Positions 20,660 through 28,319 of a stretch of 64,000 bases of DNA are shown here, piece after piece (the first letter of the stretch is position 1; every line of letters starts with the position of its first letter). The notes beneath the pieces were generated by a model that saw only the letters and a program-made list of their open reading frames with translations, ran no database searches and had not been told where the DNA came from. This DNA comes from an uncultured Anaerolineales bacterium. GTDB taxonomy: Bacteria > Chloroflexota > Anaerolineae > UBA7937 > JACPPX01. A program made the translations under genes and the position numbers. The stretch covers positions 4,789 through 68,788 of the forward strand of contig CAYGBX010000003.1 of the NCBI GenBank assembly GCA_964348195.1, given 5' to 3'.

Positions 20660-22009
20660 GTGGCTGGCGGCCCTCTGCCTCCCCAGAACATCGAAGCGGA
20701 ACAATCGGTTCTGGGGAGTCTTCTTTTGGACACGGACGCGGTCCTCCAGGTCTCCCCGTTTCTTTTGCCCCAGGACTTCTACCAGGAGTCCCACCGCCAG
20801 ATCTACCAAGCCATCCTCGATCTTCATGAGAAGCGCCAGCCCTCCGATCTCGTTACCCTGACCGACGAGCTGGAGCGCCGGGATCAGCTGGACGCAGTCG
20901 GCGGAGCCGCCTACCTTGCCTCCCTCACCAACGCGGTCCCAAGCCCGGTCCATGTGGAGCACTACGGCCACATCGTGGAACGGATCGCTGTCCTGCGACG
21001 GCTCATCGCGGCTTCAGGCGAGATCGCGGGGATGGCCTACGAAGAATCGGAGGATGTGGACCAGATCATCGACCACGCCGAGGAGATCATCTTCGGGGTT
21101 GCCCAGCGGAGGCTCGATCGGGATCTCATTCCCCTGGCCAAACACCTGGAGGAGTACTACGACTACATCGAGCAGGTCTCCGGCGAAAAGGGCGAGATCA
21201 TGGGGCTGCCCACCGGCTTCGACGATCTCGACAAGCTCCTTGCGGGGCTCCAAAGGTCTGATCTGATCATCGTGGCCGGACGGCCCGGCATGGGAAAGAC
21301 TAGCCTGGCGCTCAGCATCGCTTTCTCCGTCGCCCAGGAGCGGAACGCCCGAATCGCCCTGTTCAGCCTGGAGATGCCGTCCCAGCAACTGGCTGCCCGA
21401 CTGATCTGCGCCGCTACCGACCGAAATTCTCGCGTCGACTCGCTGAAGCTCCGTTCGGGGAAGCTCACCGACCACCAGCTCAGCGAGGTGATGCGCGCGA
21501 TGGGGGATCTTTCCCAGTACGAGATCTACATCGACGACTCGGCGACGCTCACACCTATGGAGCTCAGAGCCAAGGCTCGGAGGCTCCATGCCGAGAAGCC
21601 GCTGGATCTCGTCATCGTGGACTACCTTCAGCTCATGCGGGCTGGCATCCGGGCCGAGAACCGCGTGCGTGAGGTGTCCCATATCTCCCAGCAGCTCAAG
21701 GCGCTGGCGAGGGAGCTCCGCGTCCCGGTTCTGGCGTGCTCCCAGCTCTCGCGCGCGGTGGAGCTGCGGCACGACAAGCGGCCGGTACTCTCCGACCTGC
21801 GTGAGAGCGGCAGTATCGAACAGGATGCAGACGTGGTGATCTTCATCTACCGCGAGGTGGTAGGCGATGAGGAAGAGGCCGAACGGGCCAACGTGGCCGA
21901 CGTGATCGTCGCAAAGCACCGGAACGGTCCTACCGGACAGGTCCAGTTGGTGTTCCTAAAGGACCGCGCTCAGTTCGTGAGCGCCGAGCTCCGAAGGGTG
22001 GCAGCTTGA
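20660..22009 (+). CDS. dnaB: Replicative DNA helicase
   Basis: PPQNIEAEQSVLGSLL N-terminus, Walker A GRPGMGKTS, IVDYLQLM, SQLSR and ESGSIEQDAD motifs. Confidence 0.95.
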   Translation: MAGGPLPPQNIEAEQSVLGSLLLDTDAVLQVSPFLLPQDFYQESHRQIYQAILDLHEKRQPSDLVTLTDELERRDQLDAVGGAAYLASLTNAVPSPVHVEHYGHIVERIAVLRRLIAASGEIAGMAYEESEDVDQIIDHAEEIIFGVAQRRLDRDLIPLAKHLEEYYDYIEQVSGEKGEIMGLPTGFDDLDKLLAGLQRSDLIIVAGRPGMGKTSLALSIAFSVAQERNARIALFSLEMPSQQLAARLICAATDRNSRVDSLKLRSGKLTDHQLSEVMRAMGDLSQYEIYIDDSATLTPMELRAKARRLHAEKPLDLVIVDYLQLMRAGIRAENRVREVSHISQQLKALARELRVPVLACSQLSRAVELRHDKRPVLSDLRESGSIEQDADVVIFIYREVVGDEEEAERANVADVIVAKHRNGPTGQVQLVFLKDRAQFVSAELRRVAA

Positions 22010-22746
22010 AACAGGAGCGGATTCCTCGCGAAGCGGGCCGAAGGGCGGAGCAGCGCGGCAAAGGTCGTGGATCGATCGAGGACCGAGAGGGCCGCCTTCT
22101 CCCAGACGCTCTCTTCCGCGGCGTGGTCCCCGCCATCGACGACCTCGCGGAGCTCAAGGTCACCCTCCATCTCCACTGGCGCCTCCGCAATCACCGCAGA
22201 CACCTTCCGCTGATCTCTCGCTCCGAGCTCGCGGCGGATGCCGTCCTGGCCCAGAGTGTGAAGGCTCCGGGCCGCAAATCGGGAGATCTCATCGCAGAGG
22301 GTCTCGAGAAGGCCGTGGCGCGAGGGACAGTCCTGCAGATCACCTCGGCTGACGAGGATTGGTATCTGTTGGCCGATGATGAGGGTCATCGTTTGGCAAA
22401 GGCCCTCGAGGCCGGAGAGATTGCCCTCGAGGGCGGCCCGCCTGACGGGGAGGCCCCGGCCCTGCAACGGCCGAACATATTCGCCCTCTACGAACAGAAC
22501 ATAGGGCTTCTCCAGCCTTTGATCGCTGAGGAGCTGCGGGAGGCGGAGTCGCGATATCCTGCCGATTGGGTGGAGGAAGCTTTCAAGATCGCGGTTGAGC
22601 AGAACGTGCGGCGATGGCGCTACATCCAGCGGATCCTAGAACGCTGGGCTGAGGAAGGAAGGGGCAATCGAGGAGCTGAGCCAGGTTCTCAAGAATCTCG
22701 ATATCGATACGTCCGCGGAAAGTACGCCGACATCGTCAAGCGATAG
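22006..22746 (+). CDS. DnaD-domain replication protein (DnaD/DnaB_2-type helicase-loading partner)
   Basis: TTG start overlapping the dnaB TGA (TTGA). C-terminal NIFALYEQNIGLLQPLIAEEL...AVEQNVRRWRYIQRILERW is the DnaD-like repeat signature. Confidence 0.7.
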   Translation: MKQERIPREAGRRAEQRGKGRGSIEDREGRLLPDALFRGVVPAIDDLAELKVTLHLHWRLRNHRRHLPLISRSELAADAVLAQSVKAPGRKSGDLIAEGLEKAVARGTVLQITSADEDWYLLADDEGHRLAKALEAGEIALEGGPPDGEAPALQRPNIFALYEQNIGLLQPLIAEELREAESRYPADWVEEAFKIAVEQNVRRWRYIQRILERWAEEGRGNRGAEPGSQESRYRYVRGKYADIVKR

Positions 22747-22837
22747 CCCGCCCGACGCAGAGGTCTGCGCCATCTGCGGCGGTCTCGGCTGGATCCGCCA
22801 GGACCTCGAACCCGACGACCCCGGCTTCGGGAGGCTG

Positions 22838-24046
22838 GTGCCTTGTCCGCACCGTGCAGGCGAGCTCGCCGAGAAGAGGCTCGACGATCTACGACGGGCC
22901 AGCAACCTCGACCATCTGGCCGACAAGACCTTCGACACCTTCCTGCCGGAGGGCATTGGACTCCCTCCCCGAAGGAAGGAGAACCTGCGGCGTGCCTTCC
23001 ATCTGGCCAAGGAGTATGCCGATGAGCCGGCAGGCTGGCTGGTGCTCACCGGCGGCTACGGGTCCGGCAAGACCCATCTCGCAGCGGCCGTCGCCAATCT
23101 GCAGCTAGAGCGAGGAAAGTCGGTTCTCTTCGTGGTGGTTCCAGACCTGCTGGACCACCTCAGAGCCACTTTTGGGCCCGAGAGCGCGGTCCCTTACGAC
23201 GAACGGTTTCAGGCCCTGCGCGAGGCGCCGCTCCTGATCCTCGACGACCTGGGAACCGAGAGCACCACGCCCTGGGCCCAGGAGAAGCTCTACCAGCTCC
23301 TGAATCACAGGCACGTAGCCCAGCTGCCCACGGTGATCACCACCAACCGTCCGCTGGAGAAGATCGAGGCTCGGCTCCGCTCACGCATGGCTGAGCCGGG
23401 GTTCTCTCAGATCTACCACATAGAAGTCCCCGACTTTCGGGGTTCGGGTGTCGGGCCCTGGGAGGATCTGGATACCCTCGGTCTCTACAGCGACAAGACC
23501 TTCGACCGCTTCAACTCGCGCCAGGGAGAACTCCCCTCGGAGGAGGTGCAGAATCTCGGGCGGGCCGTTGAGCTGGCCCGCGGCTACGCTGAGGAGCCGG
23601 AAGGGTGGCTCACCCTCACCGGCGAGTACGGGTGTGGGAAGACACACCTGGCCGCGGCGATCGCCAACCGACGCAAGGACCTGGGAGCTCCGGCCCTGTT
23701 CATCGTGGTGCCGGACCTCCTGGACCATCTGCGAGCCGCCTACGATCCCAAGAGCACGGTTTCCTACGATCAGCTGTTCGAGATCGTTCGCCACGCTCCC
23801 TTCCTAGTCCTTGACGATCTTGGGACCCAGTCGGCTACCCCCTGGGCCCGGGAGAAGCTCTATCAGATCTTCAACCACCGCTATGCTGCCCGGCTTCCCA
23901 CCGTGATCACCATGCAAGAATCCCTGGAGGAGCTGGAACGCGAGGAGCCCCGACTTGCATCGCGCCTGGCCGACGTCGCGGTCTCCACGGTCTATGCCAT
24001 TCTGGCGCCCTCTTACCGTGGGGAACCTCGAAAGACCAAGCGATAG
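22838..24046 (+). CDS. DnaC/DnaI-like helicase loader with two tandem AAA+ modules; true 5' end probably upstream (zinc-ribbon coding sequence at 22763-22850 lacks a canonical start)
   Basis: Walker A GYGSGKTHL (aa 74-80) and GYGCGKTHL (aa 264-270). Walker B LLILDDLG and FLVLDDLG, offset exactly 190 aa. In-frame upstream sequence encodes EVCAICGGLGW...LVPCPH. Confidence 0.8.
   Translation: MPCPHRAGELAEKRLDDLRRASNLDHLADKTFDTFLPEGIGLPPRRKENLRRAFHLAKEYADEPAGWLVLTGGYGSGKTHLAAAVANLQLERGKSVLFVVVPDLLDHLRATFGPESAVPYDERFQALREAPLLILDDLGTESTTPWAQEKLYQLLNHRHVAQLPTVITTNRPLEKIEARLRSRMAEPGFSQIYHIEVPDFRGSGVGPWEDLDTLGLYSDKTFDRFNSRQGELPSEEVQNLGRAVELARGYAEEPEGWLTLTGEYGCGKTHLAAAIANRRKDLGAPALFIVVPDLLDHLRAAYDPKSTVSYDQLFEIVRHAPFLVLDDLGTQSATPWAREKLYQIFNHRYAARLPTVITMQESLEELEREEPRLASRLADVAVSTVYAILAPSYRGEPRKTKR
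22916..24013 (+). repeat. Intragenic tandem duplication (~570 nt unit) of the DnaC-like ATPase module
   Basis: Module 1 is about 22916-23443 and module 2 about 23486-24013. Roughly half of the aligned residues are identical by eye, including DKTFD, PDLLDHLRA, TPWA.EKLYQ and LPTVIT. Confidence 0.8.
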
Positions 24047-24156
24047 CCTTCTACCCCATCGCAGCCCCAGAGGTCACCGTCTTGCCGTCGGACCGCCGCA
24101 GGACTGGCGACTCTATCGCTTCGCCACAGACGTCCATCTGAGAAAGAGAGGTTGAC

Positions 24157-24588
24157 ATGCCCGTTCGTCACGCTGAGGCCACTTGGCAGGGGAACCTGCG
24201 AGATGGCAAGGGCACCATGCGGTTTGGGGAGGGGCTCTTCGAGGGGCCCTATTCGTTCCCTTCCCGATTTGAGGAGGGCACGGGGACGAACCCCGAGGAG
24301 CTCCTGGGGGCCGCCCACGCCGGCTGCTTCTCCATGGCGCTTTCCTCTCATCTAACCAAGGCCGGTCACCCACCCGAGGAGATCAGAACCAGGGCCTCGG
24401 TCAGCATCGAAAAGATGGAGGGCGACTGGACCGTCACCCGCGTCCATCTCGACACCGAAGCCAACGTCCCAGGGATCGCCGAGGCCCGCTTCCTGGAAGC
24501 AACGGAGCACGCCAAGGAGAGCTGCCCCATCTCAAGGGCTCTGTCCGGCGGTCCCGAGGTCACCCTCAAAGCGCGTCTCATCGCCTGA
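24157..24588 (+). CDS. osmC: OsmC-family peroxiredoxin
   Basis: 143 aa. GTNPEELLGAAHAGCFSMAL and ESCPISRAL carry the two conserved Cys of OsmC. Confidence 0.9.
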   Translation: MPVRHAEATWQGNLRDGKGTMRFGEGLFEGPYSFPSRFEEGTGTNPEELLGAAHAGCFSMALSSHLTKAGHPPEEIRTRASVSIEKMEGDWTVTRVHLDTEANVPGIAEARFLEATEHAKESCPISRALSGGPEVTLKARLIA

Positions 24589-24844
24589 GAGACTCTTTCT
24601 CAGTCCAACGTCTACCGCCGCCGCTCTGGCAAGAAACCAGAGAAGGACAGCTGGTGCGCACATGCGAGACTCAAGACGGGGAGCGATGCAATGTTTGCGC
24701 CCGGACGGAGATGTCCCTGCATCCGGGATCGTCCCCCCGGCGCCTCATGAGCGGCTCGGCGTCACAATGAGCAGTGCCGGTGAACCTGGTGCGAGGGCTT
24801 CTAGGCGGTAACTCTACTCAAGGGTGTGCTTCAGTGGCCCCGCG

Positions 24845-26161
24845 CTAGGCAACTTCCTCCAGGAGCTGCGTTAGTTGCCGAGCCACACGAGGGTCCTGCT
24901 CCCCCAGCTCACTCAACATCGCGCCATAGTAGCTCTCAAGGAAGGGACTGATCGACCGAGGAGGCACCCCGTAGCTGACAAGGGCCTCGTGGACTCCAGC
25001 GGCCTCCCCCGCCAGGAGGGTCAGATCTCCCAGGGTGAGAGCAGCAGCGACCCTGCCAGCGAGGGCACCGTTCGCTACAGCTAGGTCAGTTGGCAGCATG
25101 CTTGCGGAATCCAGCGCCTCGCGCACCCTGTCCTCCACCTGATGTCGAACCGCCTGGAAGTGTTCTGCGGCTTCCCGACCGTCCGTGGCCGGCGGGGCTG
25201 GTGAGCTTAGGGAACGCTCGACGATGATCCGCTCTACGGCTTCAGGGACCTGGCCAAACTCCTCCCCCAAGAACGAGCCTGGGATACGATCTCGAACCCC
25301 GGGACGCAGATTGAAGATGCGGCCCCCGTAGGTCAGAGGAATCCCCTGCTGCTGGAGAAGGGGCGCGAACGGAAGCAGGTTGGCTGCGGTGTGGAGCTGC
25401 TGCGCGGAGAGGATGGTCAGCCGTGGCCGGCTTCGTGTCAAGGCATGCTTCATCCGGGCCACCGGTACATCGGCGCCCAGATTGACCACATCCCATCCTC
25501 TTCGCCGGAGGAGGTATGAGATGAGGAGAGGGGCAAAAACATGTCTTTCATCTGGGGGACAAGCGACAAGGATGCGACCGCTCCGGGTGGGGTGTGGGGA
25601 AGCGATAATCAGTGCCTCCAGCCGTCGCATTGCCTGCTCGCTCGCAAAGTGCTCCTGCTGAACCGTGGCACGCCCCTCTTGCCAATCCTCCCCCAACATG
25701 GCCAGACCTTCAGATATGATCTGCACAGAGACCGTCTCCGCGGGGTAGACGGCGAAGGCCTGCGCCAGAATCTCGTCCGCGCGGTGCTCCTCAAAGTCCT
25801 TGCAGGCTTGCACCCATGAACGTCGAAGTTCTTCGAGCGCCGGCCCCTCAGCCGAGCCAACGAGAGCCGTACGGATAGAGTCGTAGGCCAGCTCCACCAA
25901 GGGATCCTTGCCCTCTTCCTCCAGGCGACGCCATAGCGCCACCGCTTTGGAGATAATCAGACCCTCCTCCTGCCGGGCGACCAGCCACTTCAAAGTCTGG
26001 ACATCCCGGGGAGAGTAGAGACGGTGTCCGCCCGGAGATCGCTCAGGCATCGGCAGCCCGTACCTCCGCTCCCAGGCACGGACAGTAGCTGGCTTCAACC
26101 CCGTCTCCTTCACCACAGCCTTGAGATTGAAGCTCGCCGCGTCTCCTTCGTCATAGATCAT
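24845..26161 (-). CDS. MerR-family, B12-binding light-responsive transcriptional regulator (CarH/LitR type) with ~130-aa C-terminal extension
   Basis: N-terminal MerR HTH (FNLKAVVKETGLKPATVRAWERRYGL). W-x9-E-H motif (WQEGRATVQQEH). B12-binding Rossmann region ILVACPPDERHVFAPLLISYLLRRRGWDVVNLGADVP (E-x-H). Confidence 0.85.
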   Translation of the reverse strand: MIYDEGDAASFNLKAVVKETGLKPATVRAWERRYGLPMPERSPGGHRLYSPRDVQTLKWLVARQEEGLIISKAVALWRRLEEEGKDPLVELAYDSIRTALVGSAEGPALEELRRSWVQACKDFEEHRADEILAQAFAVYPAETVSVQIISEGLAMLGEDWQEGRATVQQEHFASEQAMRRLEALIIASPHPTRSGRILVACPPDERHVFAPLLISYLLRRRGWDVVNLGADVPVARMKHALTRSRPRLTILSAQQLHTAANLLPFAPLLQQQGIPLTYGGRIFNLRPGVRDRIPGSFLGEEFGQVPEAVERIIVERSLSSPAPPATDGREAAEHFQAVRHQVEDRVREALDSASMLPTDLAVANGALAGRVAAALTLGDLTLLAGEAAGVHEALVSYGVPPRSISPFLESYYGAMLSELGEQDPRVARQLTQLLEEVA

Positions 26162-26326
26162 CGGCTAGACCACCCCTCTCAATCGAGGCCTCGGCATCTA
26201 CGCCACTCTTATACAACGATTGCACACTATTTGTCTAGTTTCACTCGCACCTCCCGGATCCGTGCGCCGTTCCGCTTCTAGCCCCTGAGTCTCCCTCCAG
26301 CGGGGAGGCCTCCTGTACTTACACCG

Positions 26327-26360
26327 AATCTCGACAAGAACCTGGACAACATGTTGACAA
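26327..26360 (+). promoter_or_regulatory. Candidate CarH-type operator: three direct repeats matching nAnnTnnACAn
   Basis: aatctcgACAa (26327-37), aacctggACAa (26339-49), catgttgACAa (26350-60). Each has A at position 2, T at position 5 and ACA at positions 8-10. The element overlaps the fasciclin-gene promoter. Confidence 0.6.
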
Positions 26361-26372
26361 TGCCTGTATAAT
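26343..26372 (+). promoter_or_regulatory. Candidate sigma-70 promoter of the fasciclin gene
   Basis: TGGACA (26343-48), 18-nt spacer, TATAAT (26367-72). RBS AAAGGAGGGAG lies ahead of the ATG at 26411. Confidence 0.5.
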
Positions 26373-26410
26373 AGCGACATTCCGTATCCCCACAAAGGAG
26401 GGAGATTCAG

Positions 26411-27370
26411 ATGAAAGTGCCCGTCTTAGTAGGGCTGGCGGCCCTGATTGCCATGGGGGTGGCGGCGTGCTCGCCGGCTCTTCCGCAGGCTCCAGCTGAA
26501 CCGCCAGCCATCCCTGCTCCGCCGGAGGCCTCAGAGCCCAGGACTGCACCCGATCCAGCCGACATCGTAGACACTGCAGTGGAGGACGGCCGCTTTACGA
26601 CTCTCGTAGCTGCTCTTGAAACGGCCAATCTGGCGGATGCACTCAAGGGCGAAGGTCCCTTTACAGTCTTCGCTCCCACCGACGCCGCGTTCGGGGCACT
26701 GCCTGAGGGGACCCTCACCAGTCTACTCGACAACATCCCCGTGCTGACCGACATCCTTCTCTACCACGTGGTGGACGGTGCGCTGCTGGCCACAGACGTG
26801 TCTCAGCTGAACTCGGCTCCCTCACTGATGGGTCAGTATGTAACCTTCGAATCCGACGCCCGTGGCGTCATGATCGATCAAGCGAATGTCATCCTCACCG
26901 ACATCGAGGCGAGCAATGGCGTGATCCACGTCATCGACGCTGTCCTTTTGCCTGAAAGCCGCAGCATCGTTGACATCGCAGTCGAAGACGGACGGTTCAC
27001 CACGCTGGTTGCAGCTCTCCAAGCAGCCGATCTGGCCGAGACACTGGCCGAGAATGGTCCCTTCACGGTCTTCGCTCCCACCGACGACGCCTTCGCACAG
27101 CTCCCAGAAGGTACCGTCGAGGCCTTGCTGCAGGACATCCCGGCACTGACCGACATCCTTCTCTACCACGTTGTCGACGGAAAGACGATGGCGGCTGAGG
27201 TAGCCGAACTCGATGCCAGCGAGGTAACAACGCTCCTGGGACAGACGCTGGGCGTCACGATCGAGGGACGCCGCGTGATGATCGGCGAGGCTCAGGTCCT
27301 AATTGCCGACATCGAAGCCTCCAACGGAGTCATGCACGTGATTGACAGCGTGCTCCTTCCCAGCTCCTAG
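26411..27370 (+). CDS. Lipoprotein with two fasciclin (FAS1) domains
   Basis: Signal peptide plus lipobox VAAC. FAS1 blocks are duplicated: RFTTLVAAL..A.L...L...GPFTVFAPTD.AF..LPEGT...LL.....LTDILLYHVVDG...NGVIHVID.VLLP. Confidence 0.9.
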   Translation: MKVPVLVGLAALIAMGVAACSPALPQAPAEPPAIPAPPEASEPRTAPDPADIVDTAVEDGRFTTLVAALETANLADALKGEGPFTVFAPTDAAFGALPEGTLTSLLDNIPVLTDILLYHVVDGALLATDVSQLNSAPSLMGQYVTFESDARGVMIDQANVILTDIEASNGVIHVIDAVLLPESRSIVDIAVEDGRFTTLVAALQAADLAETLAENGPFTVFAPTDDAFAQLPEGTVEALLQDIPALTDILLYHVVDGKTMAAEVAELDASEVTTLLGQTLGVTIEGRRVMIGEAQVLIADIEASNGVMHVIDSVLLPSS

Positions 27371-27517
27371 GATTGACTCGGCCTGGCTCGCATGAGCCCG
27401 GTCGAGCAGAGCGAAGCGACCAACGAGCGGGTTGGGCGAGGCCCCAGCCCGCTCGGCCTTGAACGCACCGAAGCCCAGACCTCGGTCCGGGCCCTGCCCG
27501 TATCCGCCACGGAGGCT

Positions 27518-28282
27518 CTAGTCCGATCGCACTCCCGTACGGTCCCCCACACTGCGTCTCACGGCCACCGCGGCCGCCAGTGCAGCCAGTCCAGCAGCGA
27601 CCCAACTGGCATTGCCGACAACCGCCACGCTGACATTCCGAACCCCAATGCCGGCCAGGGCCCACACCAGAACCATGGAGAAGGCGAAGTCGGATCGCGC
27701 GAGCGCTAGGATCCAGCCGATCGTCAGCGCTACAGCCACCATGAAGACGGTCCAGACTTCGGGGTCGATCCCCAGTCCACCCCAGCCCAAGACGACAAAA
27801 ACCACGGCAGCGTTGGCGATCGTGGCAACACTGATCCAGCCAAGGTAGATGCTTACGGGAAGGTGCACCAGCAATCGCTCCCCAAGCGGGACCGATTCCC
27901 TTCCTACTCCCAGCCTCAGGTAGGTGGCGATGAGCAGTCCCAGAAGCGCGACCATCGCCACAAGTGTGAGGGGGAACAACTCATAGTGCCAAAGGAGAAT
28001 CCACGCGATGTTAGCCAGCCCGCTCATGGCAAACCAGTCTCTGCTTCGATGCAGCCGCAGGTTCTGTCGCTGGGCCGGTAGCGCCTGATACACGGCGAAA
28101 GCCACCAGCCCCAGATAGATCAGACCCCAAATGACGAACACGTAGTTTGCCGGCGTGAAATAGACGTCAAAGCGATTGGATATCTCCCCCGTTGTCTGTC
28201 CGTTGATCGGCAGCGCATTGGCCAGACCGTTTACCACCAACGTGGCCAGGACAGATACCACTACGGCAACACTTCCCATCAT
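27518..28282 (-). CDS. TspO/MBR-related tryptophan-rich membrane protein (long form)
   Basis: Start MMGSVAVVV after GGGAGGG. Five or more TM segments. Blocks NALPINGQTTGEISNRFDVYFTPANYVFVIWGLIYL and NIAWILLWHYE resemble actinobacterial/cyanobacterial TspO-related proteins. The track ORF start at 28537 overlaps the upstream gene. Confidence 0.55.
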   Translation of the reverse strand: MMGSVAVVVSVLATLVVNGLANALPINGQTTGEISNRFDVYFTPANYVFVIWGLIYLGLVAFAVYQALPAQRQNLRLHRSRDWFAMSGLANIAWILLWHYELFPLTLVAMVALLGLLIATYLRLGVGRESVPLGERLLVHLPVSIYLGWISVATIANAAVVFVVLGWGGLGIDPEVWTVFMVAVALTIGWILALARSDFAFSMVLVWALAGIGVRNVSVAVVGNASWVAAGLAALAAAVAVRRSVGDRTGVRSD

Positions 28283-28319
28283 TCGCCCTCCCGGCTGGCA
28301 GAACAGGATTGTCCCGCCA

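Noticed and set aside
24126-24160. gaggttgACAt matching nAnnTnnACAn just before osmC
   Set aside because: It is a single repeat that overlaps the RBS and start codon, and the neighbouring 11-mers do not fit. It is most likely chance.
26354-26372. Consensus TTGACA followed by consensus TATAAT
   Set aside because: The spacer is only 7 nt, which is incompatible with one sigma-70 promoter. TATAAT pairs better with TGGACA at 26343-48 (18-nt spacer). The TTGACA is interpreted as part of operator repeat 3.
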